64,000 nucleotides of DNA, taken from Burkholderiaceae bacterium (GTDB lineage: Bacteria > Pseudomonadota > Gammaproteobacteria > Burkholderiales > Burkholderiaceae_C). Shown here in pieces: positions 49,432 to 57,843 of the stretch. How positions within the stretch are numbered: position 1 is the first letter of the stretch; every line of letters begins with the position of its first letter. The notes under the pieces were generated by a model. That model was not told the origin of the DNA and made no database searches. It saw nothing but the letters and a program-made list of their open reading frames with translations. Position numbers and translations under genes: made by a program. The stretch is taken from NCBI GenBank assembly GCA_044225675.1, contig JBGAIH010000022.1, forward strand, positions 6,018 through 70,017, read 5' to 3'.

Positions 49432-50043
49432 ATGCGTCTGCCCTCCTCCGTCTCCATCGCCCTGCTGTCCGTGGCACTTGGCCTGCCTGCCGCCGCCCAG
49501 GCGCAGGCCGCCTCCTCGCCCGCCAAGAAGGAACTCGTCAACAAGGTGCTGCAACTGCAGCAGCCGGCCATCGAAGCGCTGGCCCGCAACCTGGCCGAAC
49601 AGCCGGCGGCCGCGATTGCGCAGCAGGCCGGCCAGATCATCCGAACCCGCGTGCCCGCCGACAAGCGCGAAGCCGTCGGCGCGGCCGTGCAGGCCGACGT
49701 CAACAAGTACGTCGAGGAGGCGGTGCCGCTGGCGCGCGCCAGTGCCATCAAGCTCGCGCCGTCGACCGTAGGCGCGGTGATGGAAGAAAAGCTCACCGAA
49801 GACGAACTCAAGCAGGTCATTGCGATCCTCGAATCGCCGGCTTTCGCCAAGTTCAGACGCCTCGAGCCCGAACTGCAGAGCGCGCTGCTGAACAAGCTGG
49901 TGGCCGAGACCCGTCCCGCCGTGGAACCCAAGATCCGCGCACTGGACCTGAGCGTGGCCAGGCGCCTGGGCATCGACACGTCAGGCGCCCCCGCAGGCGC
50001 GGCCAGCGGAGCCCGTGCCCCGGCCCGCGCCGCCAGCAACTGA
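49432..50043 (+). CDS. Periplasmic hypothetical protein (DUF2059-like?)
   Basis: ORF 49387..50043 trimmed to MRLPSS at 49432. Signal peptide ending AAAQAQA. LTEDELKQVIAILESPAFAKF resembles DUF2059. Confidence 0.55.
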   Translation: MRLPSSVSIALLSVALGLPAAAQAQAASSPAKKELVNKVLQLQQPAIEALARNLAEQPAAAIAQQAGQIIRTRVPADKREAVGAAVQADVNKYVEEAVPLARASAIKLAPSTVGAVMEEKLTEDELKQVIAILESPAFAKFRRLEPELQSALLNKLVAETRPAVEPKIRALDLSVARRLGIDTSGAPAGAASGARAPARAASN

Positions 50044-50145
50044 TCTCGCCCTCCAATCCCCGGCACGGCGCCGCCTCTCCAGGCCGTCGCAGCTGTGGCC
50101 TAATCGGGGGTTGGACTTTTTCTTTTATTTTTGACCGGAGCCATC

Positions 50146-50313
50146 ATGCCCAAGGAAGCCAGAACAGAAGCCGAACGCCAAGCCACCCCCCGCCCGACGC
50201 CCGCCAAGGGCCTGACCTTCACTGCGGGCAAGGGCCAGAAGCGCAGCCTGGAGCGCGGCACCGCCACGCGCAGCAAGAAGAACCCCGGCAAGCGCGCCAA
50301 GAAGGGCGGCTGA
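50146..50313 (+). CDS. Small (55 aa) highly basic, low-complexity protein
   Basis: ORF 50131..50313 (TTG) trimmed to ATG 50146, with ggag 5 nt upstream. MPKEARTEAERQATPRPTPAKG...KKNPGKRAKKGG. AT-rich upstream patch and its own terminator. Confidence 0.55.
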   Translation: MPKEARTEAERQATPRPTPAKGLTFTAGKGQKRSLERGTATRSKKNPGKRAKKGG

Positions 50314-50344
50314 TACGGCGGCCTTCACAGGCTTCTCCCAGAAG

Positions 50345-50372
50345 ATCCCGGCCAGGTGCCGGGATTTTTTTT
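50345..50372 (+). terminator. Rho-independent terminator
   Basis: Stem atcccggc / gccgggat, loop caggt, then T8. Confidence 0.75.
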
Positions 50373-50409
50373 GGAATGCGCAGCGAGCGGACCGAGCGCC
50401 CGCCCGCCT

Positions 50410-50859
50410 TCACTGCGTCCGGCCCGGCACGGTGCCATCGGTCGGCACGACGACGCGCGAGCGTCCGTCGGGCGACAGCACCGTCTCGGCCTCACTCGGC
50501 ACCTGCGACGCCGAGCCCGCAGCGGCAGGGCCGGTGCTCACGCCAGGGCCGGGTGGCACGTTGGGCACGACGGTGGCGCGACCGTCGGGCGTGGTCGTCA
50601 TCTCGGGCACCGCGCCGGGGCCAAGGCGCGCACGGTCCAGCGCCAGCCCGGCGTCGCGGATGCAGGCGTCTCGCTGCGGTGCCGGCAGTTGCGCGGCCTG
50701 GCAGGCTGCGATCGCGCGCTCATACGCCTGGCGGGCCTGCGCGAGCGGCGCTGGCGTCGGCGCGGTCTGCGCCTGCGCGGCTGCGCCGACGAGCCAGAAC
50801 GCGGCGGCCAGGCTGGCAATGTGGTGGCGTTGGCAGGTCGGACAGTTGGTCATGCGCAT
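50410..50859 (-). CDS. Secreted hypothetical protein
   Basis: ORF track. Signal peptide IASLAAAFWLVGAAAQAQ; Pro/Gly/Thr-rich C-terminal half. Start is 50859 or 50853. Confidence 0.5.
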   Translation of the reverse strand: MRMTNCPTCQRHHIASLAAAFWLVGAAAQAQTAPTPAPLAQARQAYERAIAACQAAQLPAPQRDACIRDAGLALDRARLGPGAVPEMTTTPDGRATVVPNVPPGPGVSTGPAAAGSASQVPSEAETVLSPDGRSRVVVPTDGTVPGRTQ

Positions 50860-50922
50860 CGGCTCATCGTAGCCCTGACGCAGCCACCCGAGAGGTCACG
50901 CAGGCAGGCCCTTTGATGCCCG

Positions 50923-51282
50923 TCAATTGCGGTCCGGCTTGGGCGCATAGGCCGCTCCGCGAGGACGAAGGGTCGATGCGTCCGCCACGGCAGCCGTGGC
51001 GACGACGCTTCGCGTGTTCACGAGCGGGCAGTCCTGCTCGTTGCCGAACACCAGATGCCCTCCCGGGTAGACCTGGGGCAAGACCTCGTGGATCTGAAAG
51101 CGCATGTCCACCGGCGGCGTCTGCGCCTGGTAGACGACCCGATCCGCCGCGTCGTAGACGGTGTAGCAGGCCAGCGCAGGTGTTGCCAGCAGCGCGGCCA
51201 CCGCCGCCAGCCCCGCGAGGCGCAGAGCGTTGAACAGGCCCGGCGGGTGCGGGCGATCGGCAGGGTGCAGAGAACTCGGCAT
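50923..51282 (-). CDS. Secreted hypothetical protein
   Basis: ORF 50923..51438 trimmed to ATG 51282 (cactggagcccgacATG). Signal peptide LRLAGLAAVAALLATPALA. Confidence 0.5.
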   Translation of the reverse strand: MPSSLHPADRPHPPGLFNALRLAGLAAVAALLATPALACYTVYDAADRVVYQAQTPPVDMRFQIHEVLPQVYPGGHLVFGNEQDCPLVNTRSVVATAAVADASTLRPRGAAYAPKPDRN

Positions 51283-51509
51283 GTCGGGCTCCAGTGTCGG
51301 TAGGCGGGTCGCGGGTGCTGCGGATGTTGTCATCCATGCATGAAAGATCCGGGAATCGGTGGGGACATTCACAGGGAACATGCCACGTCTGCATCGTGCG
51401 GCGCGCAGGCCACAGGGCCTGTCAGCCGGCTCCGACAATCCCTGTCAGGCAATGCGGACTCGTGGCTGAACGGCGCATCTCGGGTCGCATAGCCGCTTAG
51501 GATGAACGC

Positions 51510-51914
51510 ATGTTCGACCGGATGAGACATTCGCTGCGGGACTTCGCGCGGCATCGGCCAGGCACGCGTTTCGTGAGCCGCTACGAGCGCGCGCGCCGTG
51601 ACGAGCGCGGGACCGTGCATCGCACGGTGATCGCCACCATGGGCTTCTTTCTCGTGCTGCTGGGCATCGTCCTCGTTCCCGCACCGGGGCCGGGCTTTCT
51701 CGTGATCCTCGCGGGCGCCAGCCTGATCGCTCAGGAGATGCTGCCGGTCGCCCGGCGCCTGGACGCCATCGAACTCTGGCTGCGCGTGCGGCTGCGCCGT
51801 CTGCGCGGCTTCTGGCGCGCACGCCTTGGCCCGGGCGGTCGCGCCGCGTGCGTCGGCGCGGCAGTGTGTATGCTTGCGTTCCTGGTGTCCGGCGCTCTCG
51901 TGATTCTGCTTTGA
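51510..51914 (+). CDS. PGPGW-domain membrane protein
   Basis: ORF track. VLVPAPGPGFLVILAG matches the PGPGW transmembrane motif. Confidence 0.7.
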   Translation: MFDRMRHSLRDFARHRPGTRFVSRYERARRDERGTVHRTVIATMGFFLVLLGIVLVPAPGPGFLVILAGASLIAQEMLPVARRLDAIELWLRVRLRRLRGFWRARLGPGGRAACVGAAVCMLAFLVSGALVILL

Positions 51915-51945
51915 GCCGGCCGGGTGCCGCATCCCACTCCGTCAC

Positions 51946-52950
51946 ATGCAGTCTCCCACTTCTGCGCCCCGCGAGGGCGCTTGCGCCGCCGTGTCGTCCC
52001 AGCACCCGGCACCGGCGCCCGACCTCCTTTCGGCGTCCTTGCCGCCCGACCTTGAGGCCGCGCGGCGCACCGCCAATCGGCGCGGCATCCTCGCGATGAT
52101 GGCCGCCATGGCCAGCTTCGTGGCCAATGATGCGCTCGTCAAATACGCCAGCGAAACCCTGCCGATGACGCAGCTGATCTTCGTGCGAGGCGTCATGAGC
52201 AGCCTGCTGGTCCTGGCCGTGGCTCATGCGATGGGCGCCACCGCGCGCATCCGCGAAATCGTGCGCGGCCGCATTGCCGTGCGGGCCGGCTTCGACGCGC
52301 TCGCCACGATGTTCTACCTGAGCTCGCTCGCGCATCTGCCGCTGGGCAATGCCACGGCCATCAACCTGGCGGCGCCGCTGCTCATGATCGTCTTCGCCGT
52401 GCTCTTCCTGCATGAACGGGTGGGCCTGCGCCGCTGGTTCGCGATCTTCGCGGGCTTTGCAGGCGTGCTGCTCGTGATCCAGCCGCGCGCCGAAGGCTTC
52501 AACGCCTGGGCCTGGGTGTGCCTGGCCGGCACGCTCTTTCATGCGACGCGCGACCTGCTCACGCGCTACATCCCGCAGACCGTGCCGGCCATCCTGATCA
52601 CGCTGGCCACGGCCGTGTCCGTCACGCTCGTGGCGGGCCTGGCGACGCTCACGCAAGGCTGGCAGGCCGTGACGCTGCGCGAGGCCGCGTTGCTGGGCGC
52701 CGCTGCCGTGCTGCTCTCGATGGGTTACTACTTCATCATTCATGCGCTGCGCCAGGGCGAGATGTCGTTGATCGCGCCGTTCCGCTACAGCGGGCTGCTC
52801 TATGCGCTGGTGCTGGGCTACGCGGTCTGGGGCGACGTGCCCAATGCGATCGCGTGGTGCGGGATCGCCCTGCTGGTGGGCTCGGGCCTGTACGTGCTGC
52901 ATGGTGAGCGCTCCAGGCAGAGATCGGCCGCGCTCGACGCGGCCGAGTGA
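51946..52950 (+). CDS. DMT/EamA-family transporter
   Basis: ORF track. 10 TM segments in two EamA repeats (NATAINLAAPLLM...; SLIAPFRYSGLLYALVLGY). Start is uncertain. Confidence 0.85.
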   Translation: MQSPTSAPREGACAAVSSQHPAPAPDLLSASLPPDLEAARRTANRRGILAMMAAMASFVANDALVKYASETLPMTQLIFVRGVMSSLLVLAVAHAMGATARIREIVRGRIAVRAGFDALATMFYLSSLAHLPLGNATAINLAAPLLMIVFAVLFLHERVGLRRWFAIFAGFAGVLLVIQPRAEGFNAWAWVCLAGTLFHATRDLLTRYIPQTVPAILITLATAVSVTLVAGLATLTQGWQAVTLREAALLGAAAVLLSMGYYFIIHALRQGEMSLIAPFRYSGLLYALVLGYAVWGDVPNAIAWCGIALLVGSGLYVLHGERSRQRSAALDAAE

Positions 52951-53057
52951 GCGCGTACCGGTCGTCACCAACGTTCACGCAAGCGGCACATGCCGGACAC
53001 GGCGGGTTGACACCGGCCCGCTGAAATGGAGCCATTCCATCCGCGAAAGGCCCTCCG

Positions 53058-53237
53058 ATGAAACGACTCGCCCTGCTTCTTGCCGCCGTCGGCGCACTCT
53101 CCGGCGTGCTGGCCGGCTGCGTGGCCTATGTGCCCGGCCCGGCCCCGCATCCGCACTACCGCGGCGACCGCGACCGTGATGGCGACGGCGTCCCCAACCG
53201 CTGGGACCGCAGGCCCGCCAACCCATACCGCTACTGA
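53058..53237 (+). CDS. 59-aa lipoprotein with Asp-rich DRDRDGDGVPN motif
   Basis: Below the ORF-track size cutoff. My translation is MKRLALLLAAVGALSGVLAGCVAYVPGPAPHPHYRGDRDRDGDGVPNRWDRRPANPYRY, with a LAGC lipobox and high third-position GC. Confidence 0.6.
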   Translation: MKRLALLLAAVGALSGVLAGCVAYVPGPAPHPHYRGDRDRDGDGVPNRWDRRPANPYRY

Positions 53238-53273
53238 GCCTGGGGCCGGGGCCGCTTTCAGTAAGATGCGGTC

Positions 53274-54389
53274 ATGGCACGTGTCCTGGTCATCGAAGAC
53301 GATTCCACCCAGCGCCTCCTCACCAGCTCGATGCTCAAGAGCGCGGGTCACGAGGTGCTGGAGGCCACCGACGGCGCCGAAGGCCTGCAGCTGGTCAAAT
53401 CCGGCCGGCCCGAGGTGATCGTCTGTGACGTGATGATGCCCGGCATCAACGGCTACCAGTTCGTCACCGCCATCAAGGACAACCGCGAGACCGCAACCAT
53501 TCCGGTGATCCTGCTGTCGGCCATGAAGGAGCGGGCCCACATCCGCGTCGGCATGACCGCCGGGGCCGACGACTATCTGCCCAAGCCTTTCAGCGCCGCC
53601 GAACTCAAGCAGTCGGTCGCGTCCATGCTCAACAAGCGGCGGCTGCAGCTGGACAAGGCCGAGGAAGTGGCCGAGGCCAAGGTGGCTGCGGCCCTGCAGG
53701 ACCAGCGCCAGGCCCTGAGCGGCAAGTACGAGATGCAGTTGCTCAAGGAGCTCAACCAGCGCTGGGAGCGCGAGATCGACTCCGAGTTCGGCCTGCACTA
53801 CCCCGACGCGCCCGTGCTGGCGGTGGAGCTGCTGGGGCATCTCCTGGAACTGCTGCCGACCGGCGACGCGCAGGCGCAGGCCCTCAAGCGCCTGTATGAG
53901 GCCACCAGTGACGCGCTGCACCTGTTCGGCGCCCGGCACGTGCAGTCGTTCGGGCCTTACTTCATCGCGATCTTCGCCAATGACGTGCGGCCTGACGTCA
54001 CCCGCCTGAAGTTTCAGGCCGTGCGGGCCGCCTTTGCCGTGCGCAAGGCGGTGCGCACCACGGTCGACGCGGCGCGCAGCCTGTCCGAGGTCGAGCTTCG
54101 CGCCCTCGCACCCGTGTCCCTGCACTGCGGACCGGTGCGGCTGCTGCGCGTGGGCGATCCGCTGCATGGCACCGAAGGCGTCACGCTGCTCACCGGCGAG
54201 GCGGTGTCGGCGGCGGTCGCGATCAATCAGGTGGCGCGGGCACGGCAATGGCCCGTCTGCTGTTCCACACGCTTTGCAAGTGACATGGCCGATTTGATCG
54301 ACACCGCCGGCACGACGCAGGCTGCGGCGGGTGACAACCACGCGGCCGTGGAACTGACCGAACTGATCGCCCCGGCCGCGGGCATTTGA
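53274..54389 (+). CDS. Orphan response-regulator receiver fused to a coiled-coil and a degenerate class III cyclase-homology-like domain
   Basis: ORF track. REC motifs VLVIEDD, VIVCDVMMPGING, LLSAMK, DDYLPKPF. The C-terminal domain was assigned by eye (see findings). Confidence 0.8.
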   Translation: MARVLVIEDDSTQRLLTSSMLKSAGHEVLEATDGAEGLQLVKSGRPEVIVCDVMMPGINGYQFVTAIKDNRETATIPVILLSAMKERAHIRVGMTAGADDYLPKPFSAAELKQSVASMLNKRRLQLDKAEEVAEAKVAAALQDQRQALSGKYEMQLLKELNQRWEREIDSEFGLHYPDAPVLAVELLGHLLELLPTGDAQAQALKRLYEATSDALHLFGARHVQSFGPYFIAIFANDVRPDVTRLKFQAVRAAFAVRKAVRTTVDAARSLSEVELRALAPVSLHCGPVRLLRVGDPLHGTEGVTLLTGEAVSAAVAINQVARARQWPVCCSTRFASDMADLIDTAGTTQAAAGDNHAAVELTELIAPAAGI

Positions 54390-54392
54390 GCT

Positions 54393-55061
54393 TCAGCCCG
54401 CGAACAGCAGAGGCACCGAGCGCATGGTGCTGCGGATGTGCCGCCGCATGGCGGACTCGGCGCGCTCGCCGTCGCCATCCAGCAAGGCGGCGAAGATGGC
54501 GCGGTGCTCGGCCATGGACCGCTCGACCGAGTCGTGCTCCATCAGCTTCTCATGAAGAATGCGCACGATGGCCGGTGGCCGGATGTGGCTCGTGAGACCC
54601 AGCAGCTGCTCGCTGCCGGCCACCTGCAGGATCATGTCGTGGAACTCCCGGTTGAGCCGCGTGTACTCGGCGCCGGTGCCCCGGGCGCCGGCCGCACGCT
54701 CCATCGCCTCCTGCATCGCCACGACTTCCGCCCGGTAGGGCGGCCGCGCGAGATGGGGCGCCGCGCGCCGCGCGGCCAGACCTTCGAGCAGCTCCCGGAT
54801 CTCGAACAGCTCCGTCAGCTCCTGCCCGTCGAGCCGACGCACCGACGCGCCCTTGTAGCGCTCGGTGCGGACCAGGCCCTCGACCTCCAGCGTGCGAAAG
54901 GCCTCGCGCAGCGAGGCGCGGCTCACGCCCAGCTGAGCAGCCAGGTCCGGCTCCACCAGGCGCTGGCCCGGCACCAGCCGGCCCGCTGCGACGAGGTCGC
55001 GAATGCGCTGCGCGGCGTGGCTCACCGCCCCGCCGGCCTGCCCGGTACGTGTCTTCGTCAT
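54393..55061 (-). CDS. GntR-family (FadR/FCD) transcriptional regulator
   Basis: ORF track. EPDLAAQLGVSRASLREAFRTLEVEGLV HTH with an FCD C-terminus. Confidence 0.9.
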   Translation of the reverse strand: MTKTRTGQAGGAVSHAAQRIRDLVAAGRLVPGQRLVEPDLAAQLGVSRASLREAFRTLEVEGLVRTERYKGASVRRLDGQELTELFEIRELLEGLAARRAAPHLARPPYRAEVVAMQEAMERAAGARGTGAEYTRLNREFHDMILQVAGSEQLLGLTSHIRPPAIVRILHEKLMEHDSVERSMAEHRAIFAALLDGDGERAESAMRRHIRSTMRSVPLLFAG

Positions 55062-55090
55062 GGCTTGATTCTGCCTCGAAATGCAGTACC

Positions 55091-55120
55091 ATCGTCAAAT
55101 CAGATCGTCTGACGATTTGA
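55091..55120. promoter_or_regulatory. Nested inverted repeats (atcgtca-N12-tgacgat; tcaaatc-N12-gatttga); candidate GntR operator
   Basis: Read directly from the 113-bp GntR/cupin divergent gap. Confidence 0.3.
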
Positions 55121-55174
55121 ACAGACGAACCCATTCATGCTCGGGACAACCCGACCTGCCCGGAGACAACACCC

Positions 55175-56056
55175 ATGCAATTCGCCGATTCGGCCACCCT
55201 GCCCTTTCGCGACCCCGGAACCCGGCACCGCGAAGGAGACATCCGCTTCAAGTACCTTCTGCGGGGCGAAGCAGGATCGCCGCAGAACTACGAGCTGTCC
55301 GTGGTCCGGACACAGGACCGCTTCTACGGGCCGCCGCACCGCCACAACTTCGACCAGATCCGTTATGTGATCCGCGGCAGCTTCGGCCAGCCAGGAAAGC
55401 TGGAGCTGCATGAAGGCGAAGTCGGCTACTACCCTGAAGGCACCCCCTACCAGATCGACTCCGGCGACACCGAAATCCTCATCCTGCAGTTCGGCGGCGC
55501 GTCGGGCAACGGCTTCACCCACTACGAACAGCTGCGCAGCCATTACCCGATCCTGGCGCAGAAGGGGGAATTCAAGGACGGCATCTTCCGCTGGCACGAG
55601 CCGCCGGCCGGCACCGCGCACCAGCAGGACGGCTACGAGGCGCTGTGGGAGCTGATCCATGGCCGGCCCCTTGTGTATCCCAAGCCGCGTCTGCGTCAGC
55701 CCGTGCTTATGAATCCGCAGGCCTTCGACTGGCTGCCCACGGGCGAACCCGGCGTCATGCACCGCGAGCTGGGGCGCTTCAACGAACGCGGCACCGGCGT
55801 GAGCCAGACGCGGGTCGCGCCGGGCGCGAACGCAGTGCTGGACCCGCAGGGCACGATCCGGCTGGCCTACGTGCTCGAAGGCGAGGGCCGCATCGGCGAT
55901 CACACTCTGGCCCCAGGCTGCGCGTTCGAAGTCACGCCGGCGCAGCGGCCGGCCGTCGAGGCAACACGGCAGCTCTTGCTGCTGGACCTGTGGCTGCCGC
56001 GCTTCAAGCCGGCCACCGCGCCGCAGGCCGCCCGCTCCGAGGAGGCCGTGGCATGA
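55175..56056 (+). CDS. Two-lobed cupin-fold protein, function unknown
   Basis: ORF track. Cupin motif-1-like PPHRHNFDQIRYVIRG and motif-2-like GEVGYYPEGTPYQ. The stop overlaps the next start (ATGA). Confidence 0.65.
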   Translation: MQFADSATLPFRDPGTRHREGDIRFKYLLRGEAGSPQNYELSVVRTQDRFYGPPHRHNFDQIRYVIRGSFGQPGKLELHEGEVGYYPEGTPYQIDSGDTEILILQFGGASGNGFTHYEQLRSHYPILAQKGEFKDGIFRWHEPPAGTAHQQDGYEALWELIHGRPLVYPKPRLRQPVLMNPQAFDWLPTGEPGVMHRELGRFNERGTGVSQTRVAPGANAVLDPQGTIRLAYVLEGEGRIGDHTLAPGCAFEVTPAQRPAVEATRQLLLLDLWLPRFKPATAPQAARSEEAVA

Positions 56057-57033
56057 GCACGCGACGCCTTCTCCACCGCCTGGCGCTGGCTGCCGGCCTC
56101 GTGACCGGCACCCTGGCCGCAGGTACCGCGTCTGCGCAGGACTATCCACGGCAGACCATCCGCATCGTCGCCGGCGCGACGCCGGGCGGCACGGTCGACA
56201 CCGTAGCGCGCCTGCTGGCCGAAGGCCTGTCGGCGCAGCTGCGCCAGCCGGTCATCGTCGACAACAAGCCCGGCGCCAACGGCGCGATCGCGGCGGACTT
56301 CGTGGCCAAGGCCCGGCCCGACGGCTACACGCTGCTGCTGGGCACCAGCGGACTCACCACGCTGCCCCTGCTGCAGAAGAACCTGCCCTACCAGCTGCAG
56401 CGCGACCTGATGCCGGTGGCCATCACCTGCTTCACGCCCTTTCTGCTGTTCTCGGGCCCGCAGTCGCCGGCCAGCTCGGTGGCCCAGCTGATCGCCCATG
56501 CCAAGGCGAATCCGCAGAAGCTCTCGGCCGCCAGCGGCGACGGCACCACGCTCATGGCGAGCGAGCTGTTCAAGGCCGCCGCCGGCATTTCGGTGATCTC
56601 CGCCAACTACCGGGGCGGCCCGCAGATGATCACCGACATCGCGGGCGGCTCGGTGGACTACGGCTTTCTCGGAGCGACCGCCGTCATGCCGCTGGCCAAG
56701 GCCGGCAAGCTGCGCGTGCTGGCCGTCGCGTCGGCACGCCGGCTCGAGATCGCGCCCGACGTGGCCACCCTGCCCGAGCTGGGCGTCAAGGGCGTGTTCA
56801 TGGAGCCGTGGACGGGCATCATGGCACCCGCCGGAACCGACCGCGCGATCGTGCAGGCGCTGGAGCGGGCCCTGTCCGCCACGGCGCAGTCCGAGCCCTA
56901 TCGCAAGAAGATCAACGAGATCGGTTCGGTGCCGCGCTTCCTCGGCACCGAGGCGATGGCGGGCTTCATCCAGTCGGAACAGAAGACCCTCGAACAGGTC
57001 GCGACCCAGGCCGGCATCAAGCCGGCCGACTGA
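56053..57033 (+). CDS. Bug/TctC-family TTT substrate-binding protein
   Basis: Part of ORF 55645..57033; ATG at 56053 (MSTRRLLHRLALAAGLVTGTLAAGTASAQDYPRQTIRIVAGATPGGTVD). Confidence 0.85.
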   Translation: MSTRRLLHRLALAAGLVTGTLAAGTASAQDYPRQTIRIVAGATPGGTVDTVARLLAEGLSAQLRQPVIVDNKPGANGAIAADFVAKARPDGYTLLLGTSGLTTLPLLQKNLPYQLQRDLMPVAITCFTPFLLFSGPQSPASSVAQLIAHAKANPQKLSAASGDGTTLMASELFKAAAGISVISANYRGGPQMITDIAGGSVDYGFLGATAVMPLAKAGKLRVLAVASARRLEIAPDVATLPELGVKGVFMEPWTGIMAPAGTDRAIVQALERALSATAQSEPYRKKINEIGSVPRFLGTEAMAGFIQSEQKTLEQVATQAGIKPAD

Positions 57034-57109
57034 TCCCGCCTGCCGCAAAACTGTCAGCAGCGCGCGGGGCCGGCGTGCGCACGCCGCCCTGCGCTGCTAC
57101 GCTCGGGCG

Positions 57110-57817
57110 ATGACCCTGCCCCCGCTGACCCTCTATTCCGGCCCCCTGAGCATGTTCGGCGCCAAGGTCGAGATCGCCTTGCGCGAGAAAGGCCTGCCTT
57201 TCGATCTCGTCATGGTGCCCTTCGACTTCCATGCGCTCTACACGCCCCGGCATCCCGAGGTACTGCGCATCAACCCCAAGCGGCAGGTGCCGGTGCTGGT
57301 GGCCGGCGAGCTGGAACTGTTCGATTCGACGCAGATCTTCGAGTACCTCGAAGACCTCACATCCCACCCACCTCACCCACCCCACGCGCCCCTCTGGCCG
57401 CAGGACGTCGCCGGCCGCGCGCGCGCTCGCCAGCTCGAACACCTGTCGGACGAGGTGTACTTCCCGCATGTCGTGCGGCTCATGGGGCTGCAGGAGAGGC
57501 TCGACTCCGACGAGGCCCGCGCGGCGATCGAAGCCGCAGCCGAATTCGCGCTGACGCTCGACGCGCGGCTGTCGCGCAGCGGCGCCGCCTGGCTCGCAGA
57601 CACCTACTCGTTCGCGGACATCGCGTTCTACATGGCCCAGCTGTTCGCCGAGCGCCAGGGCGCGCCCCTGCCGCCGCAGGCGCACCGCCTGCTGGCGTGG
57701 CGGGACCGCATGAGCCAGCGTCCTGCGGTACGCACGGTGGCCGGTGCGATGGCGCGCTGGCTCGTCGCCAACGGCCGCCCACTGCCGCCCTTCCTGCAGC
57801 CGCTGGCCGCCGCCTGA
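57110..57817 (+). CDS. Glutathione S-transferase family protein
   Basis: ORF track. LYSGPLSMFGAKVEIAL...RQVPVLV...ELFDSTQIFEYLED thioredoxin-like N-domain. Confidence 0.8.
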   Translation: MTLPPLTLYSGPLSMFGAKVEIALREKGLPFDLVMVPFDFHALYTPRHPEVLRINPKRQVPVLVAGELELFDSTQIFEYLEDLTSHPPHPPHAPLWPQDVAGRARARQLEHLSDEVYFPHVVRLMGLQERLDSDEARAAIEAAAEFALTLDARLSRSGAAWLADTYSFADIAFYMAQLFAERQGAPLPPQAHRLLAWRDRMSQRPAVRTVAGAMARWLVANGRPLPPFLQPLAAA

Positions 57818-57843
57818 CGAGGCAGCCCCGGCGCGCGGCGCCG

